From Candidatus Parcubacteria bacterium (lineage in GTDB: Bacteria > Patescibacteriota > Patescibacteriia > Patescibacteriales > BM507), in NCBI GenBank assembly GCA_002869265.1, contig PKTH01000036.1:168525-232524 (forward strand): a DNA stretch of 64,000 bases, in the 5' to 3' direction. Position numbers and translations under genes: made by a program. A model generated the notes under the pieces. It saw only the letters and a program-made list of their open reading frames with translations, was not told the DNA's origin and did not search any database. Below, one piece after another: positions 28,401 through 36,718 of the stretch (position 1 is its first letter; each line of letters begins with the position of its first letter).

Positions 28401-31400
28401 CCATAGGGCTGACCTCACAGGACTATCTCCAGATACTAGGTACTATTACTACGTCACCTCAGATAACGCTATTGATAACAATGAAGAGGAATACTATGAT
28501 TTCAAAACTACTTTTGATACTGATCCCCCCAGAATAATAGTCGACTTCCCAGCAGATATTACAGATATTACAGATAATTCAGCTCTCATTTCTTGGAAAA
28601 CCGGTGAGTTGGCCAGTTCTAGTATTCATTACGGCATTGTTGATACCACGGAAGATAGTCAGTTTAATGATAATCTAAACACTGATCACAGCTTTAGACT
28701 GGAAGGTCTTCTACCAGGAGAGACTTATCAATTTAGAATTGAGAACACAGATGAAAATGTTAACAACAATAATAATAGTCTAACTACCTACAGTTTTATC
28801 ACGAAGGTGACTAATGATGAGGATGCTCCGGTAATCATCCCTCCAATTAACATTCCTTCAATAGATTATTCTTCAGCCACTATTACTTGGGATGTTGAAG
28901 GTGGGGAAACAGAAAAGACTTCTGCTTTAGTTGATTTTGGCCTAGATAATACTTTTGGAACAAGTCAAGGTAATTCAATTCCTAGGCTAGGAGGCACCAA
29001 GGTGGTTACGCTCTCAGGCCTAGCAGCCAGCACAACATATTTTTTCCAGGTAAAATCCTTCGATGAATCTGGGAACTATGATTATGACAATAATGGGGGA
29101 GAGGGATATACTTTTAAAACAGAGGACGCACCAGACACCGAAGATGTTACTCCACCAATACTGAATTGGACCGGGGAGGCTAACAAGACTGATTCTAGTA
29201 TTACTATATCCTGGACGACCCTAGGGGAACCCGCTGACTCAGTGGTTGCTTTTGAGCTTGCCGATGGGAATGGTTCTTATTCACAAGAACAAGGAATTGC
29301 CGGTTTAAGAGAGGAGCACACAGTAACTCTCGTCGGTCTAAACCCTTCCACTGATTATCACTATATAATTAAATCTCGTAATGCAGCTGGTATTGTGGGG
29401 ACAAATAATTATCTTGGAAATGGTTATCCCTTTACCACTGATGCTGGGGCTGACAAGACCCCCCCAAAGATTACAGTAAATGTCTCAACAAGCACTTTGG
29501 CTGACACCGATACTAGTATTAGAATAGAATGGCAAACAGATGAAGAGTCATCTTCTTTAGTGGACTATGGTACCAGCGAAGGTTCTTTTGTCTATACCCA
29601 GGGAGACCCTCGTCCTGACTTAACTTCTCATCGAGTTGATTTAGTTAACTTAGAACCAGGCACTGACTACTATTTCAGAGTGAGGTCTCTTGATTCTTCT
29701 AATAATCAATTCAAGGATGATAATGGAGATTTGGGTTATCACTTTAAAACCACAATTGACGATGTTGCCCCAATTATCACCTTCACTCCTGCTTCTGACA
29801 TCACAGACAAAACAGCCAACTCCACGAGAATTTCCTGGGTTACCAATGAACCAGTAATTTCAAGTATTGAATATGGCGAGACTCAGAGTTTTGGCCTCTT
29901 AAGCGATAACGCTAACTACAACCAAGATCACTCCATTGTCATAGATGGCCTAAACCCTAACACAGAATACTTTTTTAAACTAATTAGCATAGATATCCTT
30001 GGCAATGTTGCTTCGAGCTCTCAACAACTTGGCATTCCATTTGCATTTACTACAGAACTAAGTGCTGATACTACTCCTCCCAACATTACTCAGGTTTCGC
30101 TTGTTGCATCACCAGGACCAACCAGTGCTCAGATTCATTGGTTTACCAATGAGCCTTTTCCTGACCTCTCCTCATCTCTAGTGGACTTTGCAGCTTCAAG
30201 CACACTCACTTCTCTAAATACAATCACTCAAGGATCGTCAATGGCCTTTACGGCAGATCATTATGTTACATTGACTGGTCTTATGCCAGACACCACCTAT
30301 AGTTATCAGGTAAAATCATTTGATGAATCTGGCAATCAATCAACTAACAGTAATAATGGTGCCTACTACACCTTCACTACAGATTCAGGCTCTGACCCAA
30401 CTGACACTACCCCTCCGGTTATTACTAACGCTACCACTACGAATATTACTGCAAATACAGCTACAATTACCTGGGATACAGATGACCCATCTGATTCAGT
30501 GGTGGGCTATTCGCTGAATACTAGCTATTCTAGAGAAATTGGCAGTCCAGTAGCTTCCACTTCCCACTCAATCACTCTGAGTGGTCTAAGTCCTGAAACT
30601 ACATACAATTTCCAGCTTAAGTCTAGGGATGAGAATGGTAATCTGGCAACCAGTTCAGGGCATGTTCTTGTTACCACTTCTGGTACAGACAATAGTCCAC
30701 CAACTATTTCAAGCATAGCTCATGATAATATTACCCAGAGTACAGCTAGGATTAGGTGGAATACTGACGAAGAAAAGGCCTCTTCTTTAGTTGACTTTGG
30801 TCTCTCTTCTGGAAATTTCTCTCAGTCTCAAGGAAACCCTACTGCTGATTCAACTAGTCACGAAGTTATTCTCACTGGACTTGAGTTAGGAGAAACATAT
30901 TATTATCGAGTACGTTCATTTGATGCTGCTGGTAATCAAATGACCAGCACTGTGAATGATGCTGGTCAAAGACTTGTGTTTACAAGCATAGATGACAACA
31001 CTCCACCTAGCATCACTAATGTGGAAGAAGGGTTAATTGGAGATACCTACGCAGTAATTAACTGGGATACAAACGAACCAGCTGATTCCAAGATAGACTA
31101 CGGAGAGGAATCTAACAACCTGGATAAATCTTTAACATATGTTGGTTTAACAGAAGATCATTCAGTTACCATCACTGGGCTAGAGCCTGATACTACATAC
31201 TACTACAAAGCAATCTCAAGTGATGATAATACCAACACTGGCTCATCGACAATTAGGAGTTTTGTCACCAAAGAAAACTTAATAGAAGAGTCGGAGGTAG
31301 AGGAAAGAGAAGAGGCGGCTAGAGTGGGGGTAGAAGAAGAAAGTCAGGGCGGCGGCGGAGTTATCATCATAGATAAAACAGATAAAACACCACCTACCAT

Positions 31401-33072
31401 CTCTAGTGTTCGAGTAGCGGAGTTAGGGGAATCACATGCCAGAATAACCTGGACTACAGATGAAGTGGCTAATTCGACTATAGCCTATGGTTTTGGAACC
31501 TCCTATACAAAGGCTGATACAGATGTTGCTTCATTATCCAACAACACCACCTCTCACTCAGTAACGATTAAGCATCTCATACCCCTCACCGCCTACCATT
31601 TCTCGGCCGTCTCTATTGATGTTAATGGTAATGTTGCTAACTCTCCTGACTATACATTCACCACTAGAGAAGAGGGGGATACCGAAGAGAATATCACGCC
31701 AGAAAAAGCCGAAGAGGTAGAAGAATCACTAGAAAAGATCCAAGAACTAGCGGCTGACCTCCTAACCACAGGAGCAGCTGACGAGACTGATATCAAAGAC
31801 GCTATTGCTAAGATGACTGATCCACCAATGATTACCGGAGATGGTCCAGAAGTCCACGAAATCACCTCTAAAGGTGCTCTTGTAGTCTGGGCTACTGACA
31901 GAAGAGCTAATTCTGTAGTCTCATACTTCAAAACAGAAGAAGGAATAGAGAATGCTAGGCAAGTTGGTAATTTTGAAGAATTAGTCACAGACCACCAGGT
32001 ACGTATTACTGGACTTGAAGCTGGTACCAGCTATACATTCATTGGTAAATCAATAGATACTCTAGGTAATGTTGGAGCCTCAGACCCTATCAACTTCACT
32101 ACAGAAATCATCCCATATATCTCTAAAGTATCAATCAAGAATATCAAACACGACTCAGTAGAGATAGACTGGCATTCTAACACTCAAACTACCTCACTAC
32201 TCGAATACGGTATAGATGAGAACTATGGTAATGATATTATTGTTGATACTGTGGAGCATACCTTGGGACATGAAGCTAGGCTAAGTGATTTAAGCCCAGG
32301 AACCACTTACCACTTTAGGGTAAAGGGCTATACTTCTAGAGGGGAAATTATTTATTCAGACGACTACACCTTCACCACTCTTTCTAGTCCAGATGTCCTT
32401 GGCTACTCTATTGATAGTATTACTGACAAAACAGCTACTATCTCTTGGTCAACAAGCGAGAGAACAAGTTCTGAGATAGAATACGTCAATACAGAGACCT
32501 CTGTCTCAAAGAAAGTCTCTAACTCTGAATTAATAAAACAACATATTATCAAACTAAGAGAATTATCTCCGGGAATTAGCTATGACTTCATTATCCGTGG
32601 TCTAGATAAATTTGGACAAGAAACAGAGTCAGAAACATTCTCTTTTACTACTTTGGTTGATACTCAAGCACCAATCATTGAATTCGTGAAGACTGAGATG
32701 TCTTTAATAACTAAAGGACAGGATGACAGGGTCCAGGCTGTAATTACCTGGAACACAGAAGAAAAGTCCACCTCAGAGATAATCTATACAGAAGGAGTCC
32801 AGAGTGCAATCTCAGAAGAAGAGATGGGAACTGATGCTAATATTAAGTTAGTAAAGACAGAGGGGGAGTTAACCAGTAAACATGTTATTGTTGTCACTGA
32901 CTTTAGAGTCGGCTCTGTTTACACTCTTCGAGCTAAGTCAATTGATGAGGCTGGGAATGTTTCCTATTCAAAGAACTATACTGTATTAACACCTCAAAAA
33001 GAGGAATCAGTTTTAGAGATAATTCTAAAAACCTTCGAAGACACATTTGGTTGGCTAGGCTTAGGTGTTTAG
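22492..33072 (+). CDS. Giant (3526 aa) membrane-anchored surface protein: basic N-terminus, TM, 14 RCC1 repeats, three ~120-aa modules, ~17 FN3-like modules
   Basis: Single uninterrupted 10.6-kb ORF. TM ATLGTGSIVSIAVLFFITGWF at about residues 85-105. Repeated CWGxNxxGQLG. Repeated W.T.E...S.V.YG...H.V.L.GL.P.T.YY..V.S.D..GN. Confidence 0.9.
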   Translation: MIKKNKTLMFKYWLKRAKIFFKLYYRRTLLASKDLRSVLFSSTSDNYLRVESCRKEQDGHIKCTFTANFKSYRALKRFQKRLRTATLGTGSIVSIAVLFFITGWFTSNNLGFLDAATYDYTQGSWSGGLSGEVAWHPFDNWDHYSSSSDNIKIDTNGYFSLATTTNLEIHTNYTDFSTTTAIFSQATTTDQSGDVGIKLNKVSGTYTLVQTDDGATTTSPTSDFNDAHTANKGGWGNRGAGAFLNTLQNGVSGEGASIGLSSVEFGQFSRSLSHVCAINNLSGKMFCWGANSDGQIGNGTYSLNAKEYIPDEVEGGHFWIDVDTSHKVTCAIRVDNKILCWGSNISRQLGDSSILGKALFPNEVVGGKFWEKLSVGNNHVCAIEKDTKELYCWGLNGYGQLGLNDTDYRDNPTSLSTGKKWIDIQSGVDFTCAIDDSNVAYCWGRGYAGELGVGDENDRLVPTIVEGGHLWSKISNGAGHTCGILRDGGKMYCWGNDSYAQLGNGDTVGNYSSPLKISDEEWTHISSGGLSSCAIKKSDNQIYCWGLGSSYGLGNGELVNKQDPTPVLSGEEWKDVSFGDYGACGLRTNDNTLMCWGNGFSGQNATNSFDDKPIPTSIQGAYLPVYWDWTDFDVGYQASCARRNNDQTYCWGLKNYGVLGDGDTSPGVEYLPTLTSGTYSKISIGHEHVCAIEEGTNFLYCWGSYGSGRLGLGDTGNENIFVPTKVTGTWKDVSPGDNHTCAIDMNDLAYCWGNGAVGALGQGIADIEDKLVPTQILGGIAWSKIVAGDNFNCGIEKTTGHLYCWGWGQYGRLGIAIGDSDNRYEPTLISSDFWIDLSSIDDHACAIDSNKDLYCWGYGLSYRLGNGSPTSKYIPTEITDSGKKWKSVSAGAQHTCAIEDVTEKAYCWGEGNNGRLGNNDITEADQPTPVLVYGNKSWEKISSGGYMTCGLEKNTNKVFCWGNGAYLSLNETVSGTDYVVPTEIHGSFTPAPPHEIKTNIIFNNSGSYTSYMDSEGNPAWNALRLSKGDTLGVTNTSLNISIISASSSVDIPVFPTSGNCYQAGISANTETTNFDISGCAGSEQYLWYKVDFTPSPDFSASPLLEDITVSSDVTLFDNFLLGTYSSPVINTNSPTVDGGINISWNATTSGGSVEFMVASADSDTGPWTFMDKTGASPADCSGGGCYTLNSGDVLSAHHNGKQYFRYKAFLEAPDGSSSPVLNDVTLSYDSYPTDDQYLISSVFNTQDAANLIGEVGLKWNSFPDNTDIRMQVRTSPDNNTWSPWCGETNTCDGSDYYTFSSASPGEYIYDVIDGHPIQNDLDDQFFQYKITLNSDGQYTPVVTEADVTYVINAPPIFESDYPNAGDDGVGASQVFKVVVIDYAIQDPDTVTATITPSYHYSLDSGNTWSEVIEDGFTITALGDQDVTNQSSEPYTFEYYSYDWEAAAEIGFDASTTEAIIKIVANDGDAANAISEATSTTFTLNTSALSNATATQTPEDTVRRGYVLVNYDYDIAPRMSASTTVELFYYQNGLYVPANTVQADAGLGVTSGAGKEIEWIARDDWGGVATTTNVKIKITYSGVEIHSEEIISSDFELDTKAPDFTFFDTVNEEYYPTYITASTSPGTVHFSPVDDNAIHYKLSEDDDFSNESWEDLVILTTYSLTNPDEIYTIFRDEFDNISATTTSITPEQTIYAMIQDTSNLLPENDLEKEYRLFLAWREVAEPANGFREYRVYYRDNDSGPFIFLDNVIRKSDNYYGDNSLSLDQQRYYRVSTVDNKGNESYLSEILVGRANGILDEGEGGTPARGEDAVPPEISAVATSSLYTTQVTITWDTNEISNSIVEYGTSPGDFSLATKTIATMRDDNDNLGEHVVILSGLEPNTDYYFQVKSRDALANTGFAKNGGLGYHFRTPTGPTIEISPSVMTGTLKNSTVTIIWNTDINSDSSVYYSTSPTFTTFDTFSVDNDTQSHRADLTGLSPDTRYYYYVTSDNAIDNNEEEYYDFKTTFDTDPPRIIVDFPADITDITDNSALISWKTGELASSSIHYGIVDTTEDSQFNDNLNTDHSFRLEGLLPGETYQFRIENTDENVNNNNNSLTTYSFITKVTNDEDAPVIIPPINIPSIDYSSATITWDVEGGETEKTSALVDFGLDNTFGTSQGNSIPRLGGTKVVTLSGLAASTTYFFQVKSFDESGNYDYDNNGGEGYTFKTEDAPDTEDVTPPILNWTGEANKTDSSITISWTTLGEPADSVVAFELADGNGSYSQEQGIAGLREEHTVTLVGLNPSTDYHYIIKSRNAAGIVGTNNYLGNGYPFTTDAGADKTPPKITVNVSTSTLADTDTSIRIEWQTDEESSSLVDYGTSEGSFVYTQGDPRPDLTSHRVDLVNLEPGTDYYFRVRSLDSSNNQFKDDNGDLGYHFKTTIDDVAPIITFTPASDITDKTANSTRISWVTNEPVISSIEYGETQSFGLLSDNANYNQDHSIVIDGLNPNTEYFFKLISIDILGNVASSSQQLGIPFAFTTELSADTTPPNITQVSLVASPGPTSAQIHWFTNEPFPDLSSSLVDFAASSTLTSLNTITQGSSMAFTADHYVTLTGLMPDTTYSYQVKSFDESGNQSTNSNNGAYYTFTTDSGSDPTDTTPPVITNATTTNITANTATITWDTDDPSDSVVGYSLNTSYSREIGSPVASTSHSITLSGLSPETTYNFQLKSRDENGNLATSSGHVLVTTSGTDNSPPTISSIAHDNITQSTARIRWNTDEEKASSLVDFGLSSGNFSQSQGNPTADSTSHEVILTGLELGETYYYRVRSFDAAGNQMTSTVNDAGQRLVFTSIDDNTPPSITNVEEGLIGDTYAVINWDTNEPADSKIDYGEESNNLDKSLTYVGLTEDHSVTITGLEPDTTYYYKAISSDDNTNTGSSTIRSFVTKENLIEESEVEEREEAARVGVEEESQGGGGVIIIDKTDKTPPTISSVRVAELGESHARITWTTDEVANSTIAYGFGTSYTKADTDVASLSNNTTSHSVTIKHLIPLTAYHFSAVSIDVNGNVANSPDYTFTTREEGDTEENITPEKAEEVEESLEKIQELAADLLTTGAADETDIKDAIAKMTDPPMITGDGPEVHEITSKGALVVWATDRRANSVVSYFKTEEGIENARQVGNFEELVTDHQVRITGLEAGTSYTFIGKSIDTLGNVGASDPINFTTEIIPYISKVSIKNIKHDSVEIDWHSNTQTTSLLEYGIDENYGNDIIVDTVEHTLGHEARLSDLSPGTTYHFRVKGYTSRGEIIYSDDYTFTTLSSPDVLGYSIDSITDKTATISWSTSERTSSEIEYVNTETSVSKKVSNSELIKQHIIKLRELSPGISYDFIIRGLDKFGQETESETFSFTTLVDTQAPIIEFVKTEMSLITKGQDDRVQAVITWNTEEKSTSEIIYTEGVQSAISEEEMGTDANIKLVKTEGELTSKHVIVVTDFRVGSVYTLRAKSIDEAGNVSYSKNYTVLTPQKEESVLEIILKTFEDTFGWLGLGV
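23300..25400 (+). repeat. 14 tandem RCC1/ATS1-type beta-propeller blades (protein-level repeat, period ~153-165 nt)
   Basis: 14 C-W-G codon triplets (TGY TGG GGN) at about 23350, 23509, 23661, 23813, 23965, 24118, 24271, 24436, 24590, 24741, 24898, 25051, 25209 and 25366. Confidence 0.85.
27925..32995 (+). repeat. Array of 16 divergent FN3-like modules (~95-105 aa each), plus one more upstream at ~27620-27870
   Basis: Each module contains (I/V)xW.T(D/N)E..(S/D)S.V.YG and H.V.L.GL.P.T.Y.(Y/F).V.S.D..GN. Two acidic linkers lie at ~31260-31380 and ~31660-31840. Confidence 0.8.
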
Positions 33073-33116
33073 CTATTTAATTGACTAAAATTTTTGAGAA
33101 GAGTAGGATTCTTAAT

Positions 33117-33749
33117 ATGAAAACAATAAAAATAGATTTGAACAATATAAAAGAAGAAGATATTAAGTTAATTACTAACTCTTTTTTAAGTGGAGAAGTT
33201 GTGGTCTATCCAACTGATACTGTCTATGGGCTTGGTTGCATTGCTACTGATGAAAAAGCAATAAAGAAAATTTACGAAATTAAAAAAAGAAAAGAGGATT
33301 TGCCATTTATTATTCTAGTTAAAAGTTTTTGCATGTCTAAAAAATATGCTAAAATTAGCAAAAAACAAGATGAATATTTAAGGACTGTTTGGCCATCTAG
33401 AACTAGCCCAGACCCTGTATTACTTGAATCATTTAAAAACCCAAAAACTATCATTTTGGACTCTTTCGGGTTATTGCCCAAGAAGGCCGTGGCGAAAGAT
33501 AATTCAGTAGCTTTTCGTTTGCCAAACAATGATTTTCTTAGTAAAATACTAAAGAAGGTAGATATTCCAATCGTTTCTACTAGTCTAAATTTAAGCAAAA
33601 AGAAACCACTGGAAGATATTTCCAAAATTAATGAATATTTTAAGGATAAAAAACCAGACCTTGTTGTCGATGCTGGTCCAGTTCAATTAAAGACGGTCTC
33701 CCAAATTTATGATGCAAGGTCAATTGACAAGGTTATAAGGCTTAGATAA
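33117..33749 (+). CDS. tsaC: L-threonylcarbamoyladenylate synthase (TsaC/YrdC family)
   Basis: VVVYPTDTVYGLGC motif. ATG 33117 is preferred over TTG 33081. No terminator separates it from the giant gene. Confidence 0.85.
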   Translation: MKTIKIDLNNIKEEDIKLITNSFLSGEVVVYPTDTVYGLGCIATDEKAIKKIYEIKKRKEDLPFIILVKSFCMSKKYAKISKKQDEYLRTVWPSRTSPDPVLLESFKNPKTIILDSFGLLPKKAVAKDNSVAFRLPNNDFLSKILKKVDIPIVSTSLNLSKKKPLEDISKINEYFKDKKPDLVVDAGPVQLKTVSQIYDARSIDKVIRLR

Positions 33750-33783
33750 ACTTAAAGCATATTTTAATAATTAAAGAAAAATT

Positions 33784-33963
33784 ATGGCATTATTAGACAT
33801 GATTAAAAAACTGTTTGGGGGTAGTAAAGAAGAAGAGGCTCCAGCAACTGAAGCTCCTGCAGAAGAAACATCAGTTGAAGAAAATGTTGAAGAAGCTCCA
33901 GTTGAAGAAGCTCCAACAGAAGAAACAGCTACTGAAGAAGCTGAAGAAACAAAAGAGTACTAA
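33784..33963 (+). CDS. Unannotated 59-aa protein: amphipathic N-terminus plus E/A/P/T acidic tail
   Basis: Manual translation gives MALLDMIKKLFGGSKEEEAPATEAPAEETSVEENVEEAPVEEAPTEETATEEAEETKEY*. Contains a perfect 15-bp tandem duplication. Below the ORF-track cutoff. Confidence 0.45.
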   Translation: MALLDMIKKLFGGSKEEEAPATEAPAEETSVEENVEEAPVEEAPTEETATEEAEETKEY

Positions 33964-33977
33964 TAACATTTAAACCC

Positions 33978-34817
33978 ATGCTGATTATAGACACGCACTC
34001 GCATGTCAATTTCAATACGTTTAAGAATGATGCCGATGAAGTAATTCATCGGTCTCTTTCTGATAACACGTGGATGATATTAGTGGGATCAGAATATAAA
34101 ACGAGCAAAAGAGCCCTCGAGTATGCAAATAAGTTTGAAAAAGGTGTCTTTGCAGCTGTTGGTCTGCATCCTACTCATGTGGGCGGCGGAGATGTAAAAG
34201 GTGATGATTATGAATTTTCCGCCAAGGAGGAAGAGTATAACTATGATGCATATGAGAAATTAGCCAACTTCCAGAAGGTTGTTGCTATAGGGGAGATTGG
34301 TCTCGATTATTATCATTTACCAAAAGAGGGGATAGAATCATATAAGAAAAAACAGAAGGAAGTATTTATTAAACAACTTGAACTAGCTCTGGCTCTGTCC
34401 TTACCTGTAATCATTCACTGCCGCCAGGCACACGATGATATGGTGGGGATACTTACGGAATTTAGAAAAGAAAATAAAGAAAAACTAACAGAAGACAAAC
34501 CCTGGGGTGTGATGCATTGTTTTTCTGGCGATGAGGATTTGGCCTGGAAATATTTTTCCCTTGGCCTAAATATTTCGTTTACAGGGCTTATTACATTTTC
34601 AAAACAGTGGGATGACTTAATTCGCAAAATGCCTAGTGATAAATTCATGGTCGAAACAGATGCTCCATATATGACCCCCGAGCCCTATAGAGGGAAAAGG
34701 AATGAACCAGTTTTAGTGTCTTATGTAGTAAAGCGCATTGCCGATATAAAAAATATCAGTTACGAGAGAGTAGCAGAGATGTCAACGAATAATGCTAGGA
34801 AGCTTTTTGCTTTTTAA
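33978..34817 (+). CDS. tatD: TatD-family metal-dependent hydrolase
   Basis: Motifs IDTHSHV, IGEIGLDY, IHCR, HCFSG, ETDAPY. Confidence 0.9.
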   Translation: MLIIDTHSHVNFNTFKNDADEVIHRSLSDNTWMILVGSEYKTSKRALEYANKFEKGVFAAVGLHPTHVGGGDVKGDDYEFSAKEEEYNYDAYEKLANFQKVVAIGEIGLDYYHLPKEGIESYKKKQKEVFIKQLELALALSLPVIIHCRQAHDDMVGILTEFRKENKEKLTEDKPWGVMHCFSGDEDLAWKYFSLGLNISFTGLITFSKQWDDLIRKMPSDKFMVETDAPYMTPEPYRGKRNEPVLVSYVVKRIADIKNISYERVAEMSTNNARKLFAF

Positions 34818-35143
34818 TCTTTATTTGAAAACATAATTACAATAGTGTCAAATGGTGCGCAAAAAACTATTGACAATCTATTAAATTTAGGTAAATTATA
34901 TATATAGTTGTGTATAAAATTTTTAAGAAATTTTCGACTATCAAGGACTCTCTTGAGCCTTGATAACTTATAGACTGACACCAAAGCCCGTATTTGGTAT
35001 AAACTTCCATATTTCAGTGAATTTTGTAAAAAATTAATTAGACAATATACTTATATTGCCGAAAGAATTTTTTAAAAAATTTTCTAAAAATATGAAACTT
35101 TCTACTCAAAAGAGCCTTTAGTGACAGTCTACTTTTTTGGATA

Positions 35144-35413
35144 ATGGTAGAAAAAATAGAAAATACACAGACAAGGAAAGCCTGGTGGCAACCAGCCATG
35201 GCTCTTTTTTTGCGGATGTCAGCTTGGATTGGGGTACCGGTTATTATTGCTGCTTTTTTGGGAAAATGGTTTGATAATCGATATAATTCAGAACCATGGG
35301 GGATTCTTGGTTTTATAGGGCTCTCCTTTATAATCTCTATGGTAGGAATTGTAAGACAAGCAGGCCGAGAGTATAAGAAAATTGAGTCCGAAGAAAATAA
35401 TAAAAATAATTAA
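35144..35413 (+). CDS. AtpZ/AtpI-like small membrane protein of the ATP synthase operon
   Basis: 89 aa with 2 TM. IIAAFLGKWFDNRYNSEPWGILGFIGLSFIISMVGI resembles the AtpZ pattern. Position is immediately upstream of atpB. Confidence 0.6.
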   Translation: MVEKIENTQTRKAWWQPAMALFLRMSAWIGVPVIIAAFLGKWFDNRYNSEPWGILGFIGLSFIISMVGIVRQAGREYKKIESEENNKNN

Positions 35414-35416
35414 CAT

Positions 35417-36394
35417 ATGGAAAATACAGAAAATATTCATGATGTGAGTCCACACGAAAGAATTGAGGGGCACTCTGAAGAGATGCATATTGAGCATCAA
35501 GCAATTTTAGCCGAGACCATGAATACCGAAGACGCTGAGCATATAATAGATGAACATTCGGCTGTAGTCGAGCATGAAGGGGAGACACATGATTTAGTTC
35601 ATGAAAACACCTTGTTTGCAGAACCAATTGCCGAGGTTGCTGGATTACCGATAACAAACTCTTTGGTAAATACTTGGGTAGTTGTTTTGATAATTGTACT
35701 GCTTTCTTATTTTATCCGAAAAAATGTAAAAACCATACCAGGAAAAGTACAAAATGCATTTGAGATGATAGTAGAAGGTTTTTTAGGAATATTTGATTCT
35801 GTTACAGGTTCTAGAAAAGTTTCATTGAAATTTTTTCCTATGGTCTTTTCTTTTTTCTTGCTGATATTGATATATAATTGGATGGGCTTACTCCCTGGAG
35901 TAGGTTCTGTTGGACAGGTTCAAGTGCATGACGGACACAATATGTTTATCCCATATTTAAGAGGAGGAACCGCTGATATAAATACTACGCTTGCCTTGGC
36001 TCTTATTGGAGTTGTGGCTAGTCATATATTTGGAATATTGACTTTGGGTATGTGGAATCACCTAAATAAATTTGTGAACTTTAAAGCGTTTATGGAGATT
36101 CCTAAGAAAGTTAAGAAAGACTGGACTGTGTTGATTGTGAATCCTATTAAAGCATTCGTTGGTTTGATTGAAATCATCGGTGAGCTGGCTAAGGTGGCTA
36201 GTTTGACGTTCAGGCTTTTTGGTAATATTTTTGCTGGGGAAGTTCTCTTAGCATCAATGTCTGCCATTCTGGCCTTTGGCTTGCCAATCCCGTTTATGTT
36301 TATGGAAGTTTTAGTCGGACTTATCCAAGCGCTTATTTTCTCAATCCTGATTTTGTCATATTTATCAATGGCAACCAGCGCTGAGGAACATTAG
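35417..36394 (+). CDS. atpB: F0 ATP synthase subunit a with a His/Glu-rich N-terminal extension
   Basis: 325 aa. Essential-Arg motif LTFRLFGNIFAGE. First ~70 residues are rich in H, E and D. Confidence 0.93.
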   Translation: MENTENIHDVSPHERIEGHSEEMHIEHQAILAETMNTEDAEHIIDEHSAVVEHEGETHDLVHENTLFAEPIAEVAGLPITNSLVNTWVVVLIIVLLSYFIRKNVKTIPGKVQNAFEMIVEGFLGIFDSVTGSRKVSLKFFPMVFSFFLLILIYNWMGLLPGVGSVGQVQVHDGHNMFIPYLRGGTADINTTLALALIGVVASHIFGILTLGMWNHLNKFVNFKAFMEIPKKVKKDWTVLIVNPIKAFVGLIEIIGELAKVASLTFRLFGNIFAGEVLLASMSAILAFGLPIPFMFMEVLVGLIQALIFSILILSYLSMATSAEEH

Positions 36395-36427
36395 TATTTT
36401 GAATTTTATTAATATATAAATAACTAA

Positions 36428-36652
<225 letters not shown>

Positions 36653-36718
36653 TATTTTTGCTAACTGTTCCTTTCGTATTCGAAGGGGGCAGGAGTAAAA
36701 TTATTAAATTATACAAAT

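Noticed and set aside
34818-35143. ncRNA or riboswitch in the 326-bp region upstream of the atp operon
   Set aside because: The region contains a plausible promoter (TTGACA at 34870) and two hairpins (34939-34965 and 34980-34998). It has no terminator, no recognisable riboswitch motif and only 9-aa ORFs. I treat it as an ordinary long leader.
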